Shown: in pieces, positions 1 to 13,408 of the stretch
Position numbering within the stretch: position 1 is the first letter of the stretch
How the letters are laid out: each line of letters starts with the position of its first letter
Program-made: the position numbers and the translations under genes
Notes under the pieces: generated by a model
Database searches by the model: none
What the model was told of the DNA's origin: nothing
Seen by the model: the letters and a program-made list of their open reading frames with translations, nothing else
Source: Octopus bimaculoides
Lineage: Eukaryota
DNA: 64,000 nt
Direction: 5' to 3'
Assembly: GCF_001194135.2 (NCBI RefSeq)
Contig: NC_068996.1
Coordinates: 13,108,852 to 13,172,851, forward strand

Positions 1-1250
1 GGGCTCGTTTGAAGGAGGGGAGGGGTCGGTTAGGGAAGATGTACGAAGTGGACGGTCGGACTGGAGTCGCCGAAAGGCTCGAAGAATGGTGCGTTGGAGA
101 GGTAGAGTGGTGAGGTGGTAGGTGAGGGGAAACGGGGGAGACGGTGGGGTGGATGCGAGTGGAGAGAGCAGATGCACGGTTCACGGAACGTGCTTCGGCA
201 AGGGCGGTGTGGATAGTGGTGAGGGGATATCCACGCAGGATGAAGTGGCGAGCCATGAGTTGAGACTGAGTCTCAAATCATGGTCGTCACTACAGAGCCT
301 GCGTAGACGGAGGAATTGGGAATAGGGGAAGGAAAGCTTGGTGTGTTTAGGGTGGGAGGAGGAGAAGTTGATGTATGAGTGTGAGTCTGTGTGTTTGTAG
401 TGGATGGAGTTGGTGAGAGTGGAATGATGAAAGCTGACCGAAATGTCAAGAAAGGAGACAGAGGTGTTAGAGATAGTGCAGGAGAAGTGGAGGGCAGGAT
501 GGAAAGATTTGACAAAAGAGAGGAAGGAGTCTATATGTTCGTGGGAGAGTGAGGTCGCACTGATACAGTCGTCAATATAACGGCCGTATAATTCGAGAAT
601 GGGGGGGGGGGTCAGGGAAACTTGAGAATATTTGGGCCTCAACGTAGCCAACGAACAGGTTGGTATAGTTGAAGCCCATTCTCGTTCCCATGGTCACTCC
701 CGAGAATGCTGGTAAAAAATCACCAGCGAACGAGAAGCAGTTGAGTGAGAGGACAAGTTCGGCAAAAGGAACGAGTGTGGATGTGTCGCGTTGGGGTTGG
801 GTCGAAGGTCAAGGAAATGCTGGAGTGCACGCACCTCCTCGCGGTGAGGGGTTACCGTAAGGCTCTGGATGTCGAGAGTGAAGAAAAGTTTAGAGGGGCC
901 AGGAGGAAAAGAGAAAGAGTTGAACAAACGAAGAGCGTGGTTGATGTCATGGATGTGAGAAGGGAGGGAAGCCACTAGGGGGGCAAGGAGATGAGGTCAT
1001 GGATAATGGAGGACACAGTCTGTTGGTAGCTGGGCGTGAGGTCAGAAGGCAGGAGAAGGAGGTATCTTAAAGTTGGCGGAGAGCTTCTGCCTTGTATAGG
1101 CCCGCGCGCCACACCACTATGGCTCCACCCTTGTCGGCCGCTTTTATGATGATGTCAGTGCGGCGTCGGAGACTTCGAAGATTTCAGCTGGTGAGATGTT
1201 CAGATGATGGAATGCATACTAGAGTGATATAATGTGGATTATGCGTTGTC
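1..1250 (-). mobile_element. Penelope-like retroelement (PLE), RT region, frameshifted; probably continues past the left window edge
   Basis: Minus-strand translation gives IIIKAADKGGAIVVW (~1115-1160), LPSHIHDINHAL..LFFTLDIQSL (694-975) and GRYIDDC (YIDD at 568-579). It also gives the PLE thumb motif FLDISV..IHYKHTDSHSYINFSSSHPKHTKLSFPYSQFLRLRRLCSDD. Motifs lie in different frames, so the copy is decayed. Confidence 0.92.
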
Positions 1251-1389
1251 GATAAAATGCTGTGTGGGGACCGGCATGTCAGAAATGGAAAAAAAGATCC
1301 AACATTTTCTCTGCGAGTCATAAAAAGCGACTAAAAGAGGCTGGTGTAGTATTTTCACCCTGATCTCGTAAATTCCTCACCACCAATGA

Positions 1390-1509
1390 CTACTCAAAAC
1401 AGACCCATGAGTCGGAGGGTTGTTGCAAGGGGGTCATATCTATCAGCACTAGGGAATTTCGAAAGAGTAGTGGATACAGCGATTCGCTGCTATAAAGCGC
1501 ATGCCCCCG

Positions 1510-1571
<62 letters not shown>
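1390..1571 (+). repeat. Short GC-richer segment ending in a (TAC)n tract; possible retroelement 3' end
   Basis: The (TAC)n run at ~1510-1571 is seen directly. The preceding ~120 bp are GC-richer than the flanks. Retroelement origin is inference only. Confidence 0.4.
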
Positions 1572-2401
1572 TTAGAATGTAATCCTGAAATAAACGCGAG
1601 AAGACATTACAAAACGAAGCGAAGCAGCAGTTCACAATTCAATTCATATTTCAATATTTCGGAGTTAAAACACCTTTACCAAGAAAATTAGAGACGGTAA
1701 GAATTAGGAACCGTTTGATCAGATAAGCAACGCACACTTTCTGTGCTTGTCAACTGATACATTTGTGTGGATTTGTTATTTATTGCAGGTATGCAGTTTA
1801 TGGACAGTGCTTCCGATGTCGGATCAAGTACATCTATTACAGTGTATCTGGAACAGTGTGTAGATCCTCGATTCCATATCCACATAGCCGATAAAGCGGT
1901 TAGTCGATATGTACATATCTCTGCTGCCTGTCAAGTGATCTTCAAACGGGAATTTCTTCAAGGAAAGACCTGTGTGCACCGTTACAGTAGCGGTTCTATC
2001 TTCAAACAGTTGGTGACCTCAAGAAGCGATTGTTAAGTATGGAGATATGAGTCGTCTTAGTTTAATAAAACAATTTGAGATTATGTGTGTATGTGTGTAT
2101 GTATATTTATATATACATATAGATATGTTCATGCATACTGCATACATACATACACACACGCACACACTTATGTGTTCGTTCTACGAGCCTACGACTTCCC
2201 CTCTCTCTCTATATATATATTTATAAATGCACATATATGCATACATATATACATACATGCTTTTTCCTAGTGTATTGAGTGCCATATTCCTTTGTTTGCG
2301 CACTCACACGCACACACGCACGCAACATACACGCACACACACACACGCACACACACCTGCGCGCGCACAGACACACACACAGACATACACACAGACACAC
2401 A

Positions 2402-2441
<40 letters not shown>

Positions 2442-2699
2442 TACACACATATAAATATTTGTTTCTTACGTTCAATTATAATACAAACAATTTTACATTA
2501 ATCTGATTGGTTGCTCTATACTTGTGTAGTGTACAATTTTATTATTCTTAAATATGAATATTATTGATAGTGACTTCGAAGTTTTGATCAGCTAAGCCAT
2601 TATCTGATTGCTGACAATGGCTTAGCCGGTTGAAACTTAGAGGTCACTCTCAATAATATTTTTAAGAAATATATATATGTAGGTGCAGAAATATACATA

Positions 2700-2996
2700 C
2701 CGGTGCAGGTAAGAAGCTTGCTTTCCAAACACACTTTTCTGGATTCAGTCCCACCATGTGGCATCTTCGGCAAGTGTCTTCTATTGTAGCCTCGGGCCGA
2801 CCAAAGCCCTCGTGAGTAGATTTGGTTGACGGAAACTGAAAGAAGCTCATCGTATAAACATATATATATACTTATGTGTGTGTGTGTATGTTTTTGTGTC
2901 TGTGTTTATCCCCTCATCACTGCTTGACAACCGGTGTTGGTGTTTTTAAGTCCCTTAACTTAGCGGTTCAGTAAAAGTGTTTGATATAATAAGTAA
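2700..2996 (+). mobile_element. tRNA-derived SINE, family B (internal (TG)n)
   Basis: Head gtaagaagcttgctttccaaacac..ggattcagtcccacc..ctcgggccgaccaaagcc, internal CA/TG tract and cttagcggttc body. Homologous to the copies at 22765 and 54898. Confidence 0.85.
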
Positions 2997-3999
2997 TACG
3001 CTTCATTTAATTCGTTCTTAGTCTAAAGACATCTGTTGTTATGTCCTGTTATTGTTTTTATTGTATTCGTGTAACCTTGTGCGTTTTTTTCTGTCCTTGG
3101 CTTAGTATACATTCGCTGTTTTCTTCCTAGGAATCTAATGCTCTTAGCTTAGTTCTTCCTTGGGGCTGGCCAGTTTGGAACAATTTCGAGTATAATCAGC
3201 CGAAATTGCAAAGATAATCTGGAACTCGACTGAGGAAAGAAAACTCCGAATGACCTGTCCTTGTTTTCTTTGTATCGTCTTTCTGGATGTTTTGTCTCCC
3301 TTTCTTTTATCACCTAACTGTCTGGATGTTTTGCGTTCTTGTCTCACTTAGTATTATATATATNNNNNNNNNNNNNNNNNNNNNNNNNNNNNNNNNNNNN
3401 NNNNNNNNNNNNNNNNNNNNNNNNNNNNNNNNNNCATACATATACATACATATATTTGTATATACATGCATATATGGGCACAGGATACCACGGAACGTAA
3501 ACAACATAAAATACAAAAACATGAAATACGAAAACATGGAATACGAACTTTTTTACAAACAACGAAAGAAACAAACGGAAAACAAGACAAACAACACGAA
3601 AAAACGACCCTTCATTAGTTGTTGGCTGTTTTTCTACTTCGTATTTCGAGCATTTCACAAGATACGTTTTCGATATAACAGTTGCTTCCGCAAAGCAAAT
3701 TAAATAAAATTTGGGATTTTGCGGAGGGTCAAAGTTGGTAACAAAAACAAGACAGTGAGAACAGATAGGAAGAGTTGCTAATCATAGACGAGCTGAGTAG
3801 GTGAACGCGGAGAAAGAAGCTCTGACAGGAGAAAGACAGTGGATATATACACTATTGTGCACATACACACCTAGATATACACCCATATATAAGAGTAAAA
3901 TTTAAAGTTTTTTCATCACTAACATACTTTAAATGTTTTAGTTAGATTATTTACATTATTTACATTTGACGGATATTTGTCCTCATCTTGTTTGTTGTT

Positions 4000-4045
4000 A
4001 ACACAACGTTTCGACTGATATACCCTCCAGCCTTCATCAGGTGTC
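4000..4045 (-). ncRNA. Minimal type I hammerhead ribozyme motif, intact
   Basis: Minus strand reads GACAC CUGAUGA A GGCUG gaggguauau CAGUC GAAAC GUU GUGUU. Stem I is GACAC/GUGUU, stem II is GGCUG/CAGUC, stem III is reduced to the palindrome ACGU, and the NUH triplet is GUU. Confidence 0.75.
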
Positions 4046-4098
4046 TTGGGAAAATCTCGAACCTGGGTTCTCATTCCTAAGGTTCGAAATTTTCTCAA

Positions 4099-4144
4099 GA
4101 CACCTGATGAAGGCTGGAGGGTCTATTAGCAGAAACGTTGTGTT
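4099..4144 (+). ncRNA. Minimal type I hammerhead ribozyme motif, stem II base mismatched
   Basis: GACAC CUGAUGA A GGCUG gagggucuau UAGCA GAAAC GUU GUGUU. The core is intact, but G10.1 faces A instead of C. Confidence 0.65.
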
Positions 4145-7100
4145 AACAACAAGATGAGGACAAATATCCGTCAAATGTAAAAAATGTAAATAAAGTAAAC
4201 AATGTAAATAATGTACATAATTCCTCATCTCTTAAATATAGATCTGTATTAAAATGCTTTATTTTAATATCGATTCTGATTTCAACTTGAAATCATTACA
4301 AATATGTCATTCCCTTCAGTCGCATAGACCCTTGATATTTTGACGATTCCATTCTCTGCCGGATCCATAACATCCAAATTGTTACTGCTCTTCTGATTGT
4401 CTTTGATCTTTCCTGCTGCCAAATATTTTATTGAAACGAAAATTCCTTTACTTTTTCTCTACTCTCAAACTCTATTACTGTTCCGATGTTTCTGAAATAT
4501 TTCTCTCTTTCATTAAACCTAGAATCCCTATAAACCTTTTATTCATAAGCTCTCTAGCTTCCGGTACTCTTAAGCAGGTAATTTGAAGTAATCTCATATG
4601 CCACATGTGTCACACTCTCCCATAGAACAATTGCGCCATGATCAATCATTTGTTTTAAATCTCACACTAAATCACGGTATTAAATCACTCAAAAACTCCG
4701 AATGCGTGCTCGTTGCAAACATCATTTGGCCGTTTCATTTACCCTCTTTCGGTGTTTGGCATGCCCATCCGATACGAAATACAACCGCTACGAGATCCAC
4801 GAAATACAGCCAACAACACGTTATATTAATTAACTTACTCGACATAATTTCCTCTGTGTTTGAATGAACATATCACTTATCTTCCTAATGCTACATCCAT
4901 TGATAATATCTATTTATTTGAATTTGTTTCTAGGAATGCTTTTACTTTTATTTTAAACTTATTTCAGCAATTTTAAAAGTCATTGGTTTTAATAGTAGTT
5001 TGTACATTTCAAGTTCAGCCAACTTTCACTTTACCTTTCGTCGTCTTGAGGTCGATAAATAAGTACCAGTCAAGCTTTAGGTTCGACGTAATTTTCTGAC
5101 TTTGTGCTTAAAATAGAAACAGATATTATTCTGTACATGTGCAGGAATCAGGTATTATCAAAAACTTCAACAATGTTTTCTTACATGTAATTGTAGATCA
5201 ATGACGTTAATACAACCCAGACCTCAGGTATTGTAAAATTATGCTGGTAAACGTGTTGTAGTAGACCGTACTCAAGTTTTTCCCCTCTATTCTTTTTGCT
5301 GCTTCATTCAATTTGACTCAACAACTTTCACACTTTACTTAATTGACTGCCACCATCTTTTACCGCCAGTCGCTGTATTTTCACATGTCCCAATTAGGTC
5401 ATCAGCTCTGTTGGGATGTTGTTTGATTCCAGCAGAATAAACTCCACGCTAGGCATATATGTTTACTGCAAGACTTTGTGGTTGGAGGTGGTGGTGGGGG
5501 GGGGGTATTGCCAACAAATGTTGATTATATATTGTAGCTGATGCAACTGGCAGATCAACAACTTTTTGATGTCTTAACGATACAATGCATAGGACTTAAC
5601 AGAATATAACAGGATAATGCTACTGTTTGGTAACATTTTCCCTTTCATTGACAGTTTTATGCCACATTGTTTCCACAATCGATAACTGAGCACTCCAGAT
5701 TTAACTTGATACAAGATTTCATCGTTTATTATTATTTTTTTTTTGTATTCACCGCACTTACACAATATCCAAAATGGTGAGCAATTTTCTAGATACGTTC
5801 AAGGTAAATAACTAGTCAAAATAAGTTTATCAGCGAAGTGAACTTTGCCAATACTCATATTGTAACACGTCCTGAGGGATATGAGTCTAGGTAGCTTCAA
5901 AAGTCCACCATACATTTTTGTGAGAATATATACATTCCACTTCGTAGTTCACTGGCCGTCGTCCTTTACCTTGAAATAGGTACGAGTGTTCAGCCCTGTT
6001 TACTGCATAGATAACCGGAGAAGAGGCCGTGGTGTCTCCTCTCCTAGAGTATTTCGTGGTCTTCATGGCTAACCTCTAACCTCTCCTATTTATACTGGAG
6101 TTCCATTTCTTTTGAGCAAAGTGCATAAGACTTCCCTTTCTTTATTTTCGTATGCGTTCGTTAAGGTAATGCATACGATAAAAGGTAAGAATTATTTTTT
6201 CGAAATCTAGTGCCTGAATTTGTCGCAAGGTGAAAATCATATTGTTGGTGACCCACACTGGTTTTGAAGAAGAATTCGTTCGGATGTTGTTTGCAGTTGC
6301 TCGAGCGAGTTTTTGAACGAATTATATCTGTGATCGAGGGAAGTCAATTTCATCGGTACTTCCCACACCATTCTGTTCATCTTGATTCTAGAAATATCGA
6401 TATTGTAGCACATCATTTCGTATCAGCTATATTCGGCTCTTCCAGAATTAGTCACATCCAATGTTGTTCTAATTTCATAAGTTGAAAATGAATTTGTTAG
6501 TTTCCTTCTTGCATTATTTTGACAACAGAAATAGAGAAACCAGTAAGCATACTTTCTCATCGAGAGTGGACTTTTCTTTTATCTTTTCTTGTATCGGACG
6601 TCCCCGGCTTGCAGATGCGTTTACGCACACATACACGAACACGAATTTGTATATATGTATACAGGTATACATGTATGTGTGTGTATACACACACGCACAC
6701 ATGCACATCTGTGTGTGTTTTCCTCTGTTAATTCATTCCTCAAATTTGCTGATATGTGAAACCAAGGAGATAAGCCGGCAAGACTTAATATCTGCGTTCT
6801 GCACTCCTTTATGAATAGGGAATATAGCACCTTCTTATGAATATTTGTGGAATTTACCACTTGCAAGAAATGTTTGGATAAGTATCTCAAGCGGCTTTAC
6901 TAGGGGAATTATTAAGAACCCAGCAGGCTTTGTTGCAGAATTTGCGATAATTCAATTTATGGTTGAGATTATATCTTCCTTCTTATGTCAATATAATCGA
7001 TGGCTGCCGCTTAACTGTGCAGAGTGTTAGTGACCAGGAGCACATCTGGTTGACGTATTTGTACGTGTTTCATCGAGAGTATGAACACAGTTTTTTAATT

Positions 7101-7559
7101 ATTCATTCAGTTAAACATTATGAGTCTGCTGCCAGGAAAATATTTCCTAGGAACAATGGTTATGCTTTGTAATGTATCGAAACTCATTCTCTTACAAATA
7201 TATTAAACATACCAATGTTCATGTTAATATTCTCTAAGAAATGGTTTCTATTTCTTTTTATTTCCTAATTTTCGTGCGGTTACTTGAGTTTGTTGTTTAT
7301 ATCTAAGGGAACTATTTTGAGTGATGTGTGTGCGTGCGTGCATGCACACACACACATTTTTATTTGATTCACTCATTATACTGCATACATAATGGAGGTA
7401 CTGCCTTGAAGAGATTTTTAGTCGACCCCAGTACATATTTTTTGAAAGGTTGTTAGTTATTCTATTGGTGTCTATGTGCGGACCGCTATGTCGTAGGGTT
7501 GTAAACACATCAACACCAGTTGTCACGAGGTGGTAGCAGACAAACACAAAGACACGCAC

Positions 7560-7644
<85 letters not shown>

Positions 7645-8549
7645 NNNNNNNNNNNNNNNNNNNNNNNNNNNNNNNNNNNNNNNNNNNNNNNNNNNNNNNN
7701 NNNNNNNNNNNNNNNNNNNNNNNNNNNNNNNNNNNNNNNNNNNNNNNNNNNNNNNNNNNNNNNNNNNNNNNNNNNNNNNNNNNNNNNNNNNNNNNNNNNN
7801 NNNNNNNNNNNNNNNNNNNNNNNNNNNNNNNNNNNNNNNNNNNNNNNNNNNNNNNNNNNNNNNNNNNNNNNNNNNNNNNNNNNNNNNNNNNNNNNNNNNN
7901 NNNNNNNNNNNNNNNNNNNNNNNNNNNNNNNNNNNNNNNNNNNNNNNNNNNNNNNNNNNNNNNNNNNNNNNNNNNNNNNNNNNNNNNNNNNNNNNNNNNN
8001 NNNNNNNNNNNNNNNNNNNNNNNNNNNNNNNNNNNNNNNNNNNNNNNNNNNNNNNNNNNNNNNNNNNNNNNNNNNNNNNNNNNNNNNNNNNNNNNNNNNN
8101 NNNNNNNNNNNNNNNNNNNNNNNNNNNNNNNNNNNNNNNNNNNNNNNNNNNNNNNNNNNNNNNNNNNNNNNNNNNNNNNNNNNNNNNNNNNNNNNNNNNN
8201 NNNNNNNNNNNNNNNNNNNNNNNNNNNNNNNNNNNNNNNNNNNNNNNNNNNNNNNNNNNNNNNNNNNNNNNNNNNNNNNNNNNNNNNNNNNNNNNNNNNN
8301 NNNNNNNNNNNNNNNNNNNNNNNNNNNNNNNNNNNNNNNNNNNNNNNNNNNNNNNNNNNNNNNNNNNNNNNNNNNNNNNNNNNNNNNNNNNNNNNNNNNN
8401 NNNNNNNNNNNNNNNNNNNNNNNNNNNNNNNNNNNNNNNNNNNNNNNNNNNNNNNNNNNNNNNNNNNNNNNNNNNNNNNNNNNNNNNNNNNNNNNNNNNN
8501 NNNNNNNNNNNNNNNNNNNNNNNNNNNNNNNNNNNNNNNNNNNNNNNNN
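7645..8549. other. Assembly gap (largest of 14 N-runs)
   Basis: Other N-runs are at approximately 3364-3434, 9268-9385, 10169-10806, 11195-11204, 21552-21670, 27466-27579 and 45530-46384. More are at 50469-51019, 51443-51498, 53578-54237, 58228-58658, 60152-60296 and 61432-61961. Most flank dinucleotide tracts. Confidence 0.99.
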
Positions 8550-8915
8550 AAGTAAGAAGAAAAAGTGAAAATGCACATTGAATATAAAAAAATAAAGGCT
8601 TTTTATGAAAAGTAGCAATAAATAAATACAATTAGATGAACTGAGGTAGAATTAAGAGGAATTAAATTCATTATTTTGAAATGTTAAAGAGATTCAAAGT
8701 CAAACCGGTATCGTCTTTGTTGTTCACTGGCTTTGAAATTGCACCGATTACCAAACGGTGTCAGGTCTACTAGTGCCCGAGTAAAAAGATTGTGTAAGGG
8801 AGGTAAGTAGTTCTGGACGTGGTGCAATTAGGGTCGATATAATACTGTAATACGAATGGTATAAGGAATGTATGGGTGTTAGTGGCATTATTGATAAGGT
8901 TAGTAGTGTTCTGTA

Positions 8916-9267
8916 TTATGTTGTGTTCATGTTAAGTTGTGGATGATATTTATTGACGAAAGCTACTTCTTTACTCATTCTTTGCTGTACTGAGGTGTTC
9001 TGTGACCATTGACAGAAGGGAAAAATTAGGAAATTAGGATTAAGGTTCCTAGTACACCTATTTATGTGTTCACTTACCTGTATCTGTCTGTATTGTGGGT
9101 GGAGGATTTGTTCTTTGTGAAGAGTAGTTCTTCGACGAAATGATATTCCTGTTTGGCCAATATATTAATTACAGCACCCTAAGCATAGATTAGGTCTTCT
9201 GAGGCACAGGTGAAATGTGATTTAATCTTAATTATATACATATACAATTCTTCATTCTTGAGATTAT
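8916..9267 (-). mobile_element. PLE 3' end, GIY-YIG endonuclease C-terminus; runs into an N-gap
   Basis: Minus strand gives HFTCASEDLIY, then QILHPQYRQIQVSEHINRCTRNLNPNFLIFPFCQWSQNTSVQQRMSKEVAFVNKYHPQLNMNTT* (stop 8916-8918). This is closely similar to the C-terminus at 19400-19617. Confidence 0.85.
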
Positions 9268-9559
9268 NNNNNNNNNNNNNNNNNNNNNNNNNNNNNNNNN
9301 NNNNNNNNNNNNNNNNNNNNNNNNNNNNNNNNNNNNNNNNNNNNNNNNNNNNNNNNNNNNNNNNNNNNNNNNNNNNNNNNNNNNNTATATACATAAATAA
9401 AATTATTTACACATACATACGCGCAAACGAAAAACAACCGCGTATATGTAAACATACAAGATGCATATTGTCGTATGTTTTATATATGTATGTGTTTGTC
9501 TGCTTGTGTATCTGTCTGCTTGTGTATCTGTCTGCTTGTGTATCTCTCTGCCTGTTTGT

Positions 9560-9602
9560 CTCTCTGTCTCTGTCTATGTATGTATGTATGTATGTATGTA
9601 TG

Positions 9603-9649
<47 letters not shown>

Positions 9650-9794
9650 ATCTATCTCTCTATCTAATCTATCTAACGATATGTATCCATCCATACATAC
9701 ATACAAATACTGCAAACTTGTAAAGCCAAGATGTAATGTCAGAAACACAAGTGAAAAATACATTTTTATGTGTTTAGGTGTGTGAGAGCATGTA

Positions 9795-9843
<49 letters not shown>

Positions 9844-10035
9844 TTATATATATTCATCGGACCAAGTAACCAACACCTACGTATGTATGTTTGCATATAT
9901 TTACGTATGTACGTATGTACGTATGTACGTATGTATGTATTATGTATGTATGTATGTGTCTGTCTGTCTGCCTGTCTGTCTGTCTGCCTGTCTGTCTGTC
10001 TGCCTGTCTGTCTGTCTGCCTGTCTGTCTGCCTAC
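9560..10035. repeat. Compound tetranucleotide microsatellites (TATG)n/(TCTA)n/(TCTG)n/(CT)n
   Basis: Direct inspection. Similar compound arrays occur at 11490-11655, 13080-13165, 38660-38910 and 59866-59940. Confidence 0.95.
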
Positions 10036-10806
10036 CCACCAACAAGTCTGTATACTTGTCGGTTTATCTATCTCTCAGTTTCTCTTCATTTACATAAACA
10101 TACATATATACATACATACATATATATATACATATATATGCATATATATATATATATATATATATATANNNNNNNNNNNNNNNNNNNNNNNNNNNNNNNN
10201 NNNNNNNNNNNNNNNNNNNNNNNNNNNNNNNNNNNNNNNNNNNNNNNNNNNNNNNNNNNNNNNNNNNNNNNNNNNNNNNNNNNNNNNNNNNNNNNNNNNN
10301 NNNNNNNNNNNNNNNNNNNNNNNNNNNNNNNNNNNNNNNNNNNNNNNNNNNNNNNNNNNNNNNNNNNNNNNNNNNNNNNNNNNNNNNNNNNNNNNNNNNN
10401 NNNNNNNNNNNNNNNNNNNNNNNNNNNNNNNNNNNNNNNNNNNNNNNNNNNNNNNNNNNNNNNNNNNNNNNNNNNNNNNNNNNNNNNNNNNNNNNNNNNN
10501 NNNNNNNNNNNNNNNNNNNNNNNNNNNNNNNNNNNNNNNNNNNNNNNNNNNNNNNNNNNNNNNNNNNNNNNNNNNNNNNNNNNNNNNNNNNNNNNNNNNN
10601 NNNNNNNNNNNNNNNNNNNNNNNNNNNNNNNNNNNNNNNNNNNNNNNNNNNNNNNNNNNNNNNNNNNNNNNNNNNNNNNNNNNNNNNNNNNNNNNNNNNN
10701 NNNNNNNNNNNNNNNNNNNNNNNNNNNNNNNNNNNNNNNNNNNNNNNNNNNNNNNNNNNNNNNNNNNNNNNNNNNNNNNNNNNNNNNNNNNNNNNNNNNN
10801 NNNNNN

Positions 10807-10863
<57 letters not shown>

Positions 10864-11131
10864 ATATATATATATATATGCATATATATAAGCTAAAATT
10901 CCTAAATTCTGGACAAGTGCCAAGATAAAGAACATTAAACAATTGTATGACTTACGACAATCAGAAGAAATGAACCAACAAAAGGAATAATGGTAAAGTT
11001 TTGATTGACGAACTATAAAATGTCAATAGAATATGTTACTAATTTTGTTAGTGGTAGACAATTTGAACTCTCCTCGTACTGCAGCCATTTACTTACATAC
11101 GTGTTCAAGTGTGTGTGTATATATACACGCG

Positions 11132-11173
<42 letters not shown>

Positions 11174-11493
11174 AACACACACACACACACTCACNNNNNN
11201 NNNNACAAACACAAACACACACACACACACTCACACACACACACACACACTCACACACACACACACACATATATACATATATACACACACACACAAACAC
11301 ACAGATATATTCGCACTCACATATATACACACACACGCACACATGCATGCATATACAGACACAGACTCATGTATACAGATATACAGCTCGCGGGCGCATG
11401 TGGCCCTTCCATTTATTCCACTGGTCCCTGTATGCATGTATGTGCATGCAAGTGTACATATGTCCATCTACTTCTCTACCTATTTAATTTTTT

Positions 11494-11545
<52 letters not shown>

Positions 11546-11563
11546 TTATCTGTCTGTCTGTCC

Positions 11564-11653
<90 letters not shown>

Positions 11654-12501
11654 ATACGCCTGAACAAGCAGGCACATACACAAACACACACACACATACA
11701 CACACACTTATTTGTATACTAGCATATATAAACATCCAAACACTTGCTTTTATATGTACTTCCTCAGTGTATAAGCACGAACTACGCGTTTGTGTATGTG
11801 TTTATAAGGTATATGTATGGGTTTGTGAGTCTATGTGTATATGTATTTGGTGCGTCCCTCATTCAATAGTAAAGTTAGAGGAAAAAAGATGACGTCACAG
11901 AGGCGCAATGCAGTGAAAATAAATAAATAAACAACCAACCATCTCTTCGTACCTGCTTGAATCAGTCGACCAAAGGCGTTTTATCAGTCACGAGATGAAA
12001 CATTTGAAGTGTTTATTATTAGCGAAAAAATTGAATCATACTTTTTTTATGGGAGCAGAGAAGGGAGAAAAAAAAACAGCCGAGAGTAACTAATACCACT
12101 AGGAATTCATTCTGCACCGTTCGAATTTGAGATAAATTGATATAAATATACACATACAAGAAAACATAATGTAACGCAAATAAATACGTATAAGCATATC
12201 AATGTATACATGAAGAACACATGGATAATGACACGCACACTGAGACATGTACCTGCACGTATGCATTGAACAGAGGCAGATATACATATTCATATTCTAA
12301 CACACACACACACACACACACGCACGCACGCACATACATATGCACACATATTTGTGAGTGTGTGTGTATATATATATATAAGATATAGATATAGATATAA
12401 ATATAGATATAGATACATACATACATCTACATGTATGTATGTATATATATATATATGCTATAATATAATATATATATATACATATATAAACATATATATG
12501 A

Positions 12502-12538
<37 letters not shown>

Positions 12539-12801
12539 CGTGTGTGTGTGTGTGTGTCTGTGCATGTGTGTATTGTGGGTATTCACATGTGTATATCTAT
12601 GTAGGCAGAAGCATGCAAATAGTCGGGCACACACATGTATTTATGAGCAAACTCGCACGCAGTCCAAAATGTGAAATGGCTCACTGAAAAACATTACGTT
12701 TGGTAATTAAACTGCTAACATTCATTCATATCAATACACACATATCTCTGTCTCTGTCTCTCTTTCTCTCATTCTCTCTCGCACATACACACGCACACAT
12801 T

Positions 12802-12839
<38 letters not shown>

Positions 12840-13305
12840 CGAATATAGCTATACGCCCATATAAAATGTGCAACATAAAAATGCTCCTCTGATTCTCCAT
12901 TCTTGCCAAATGTCTTAACTGTAAACGTTCGGTGTGCTCCGGTTCAAATCACAATGGTCACTGAAAGAAAAACGAGAATCCATTAGCTAAATGAAGGCAC
13001 TATAGCCATTGCCTAAAATTATTAGAAACACACTAATGGCTGTATAAAATATGGAACGTTTTTCTGTCGTATCTTGCATATACCTACCTACCTACCTACC
13101 TACCTACCTACCTACCTACCTACCTACCTACCTACCTATCTATCTACCAACTTACATACATACATACACCAAAGAGATAAAGCATTAATGGTGATACTCT
13201 TGTGACTGTGATTCGAAAACGTCAGGATGAGAAAGTACCAAGAAGAGATTTGATTCTTGGATAGTAGTACTACAAGAAGTTACCTTTACCGACCATATCT
13301 TATCA

Positions 13306-13408
13306 GCCTGTAGCCAGTTCTTAGCCTGTAGCCAGTTCTTAGCCGGTAGCCAGTTCTTAGCCTGTAGCCAGTTCTTAGCCTGTAGCCAGTTCTTAGCCTG
13401 TAGCCAGT
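13306..13408 (+). repeat. 18-bp minisatellite GCCTGTAGCCAGTTCTTA x5.7
   Basis: Five full units (one with a T>G change) plus a 13-bp partial unit. Confidence 0.95.

Larger units (their letters stand above)
3947..4248. mobile_element. Palindromic PLE-derived pseudo-LTR element (head-to-head inverted copies)
   Basis: Arms ~3949-4064 and ~4080-4191 are reverse complements with a few mismatches. The same unit occurs once on the + strand at 54427-54590. Confidence 0.85.

Noticed and set aside
5900-6500. Possible Tc1/Tc3 transposase relic on the minus strand (PMKLTSLDHR..RATANNI)
   Set aside because: Only a vague resemblance. No DD34E motif or TIR could be confirmed.
7248-8631. Long ORFs of 200-450 aa in the ORF track (also 9770-10942, 45442-46438, 50338-51189, 53357-54565, 58021-58791, 61275-62036)
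   Set aside because: They are read-through of N-gaps and dinucleotide microsatellites, not coding sequence.
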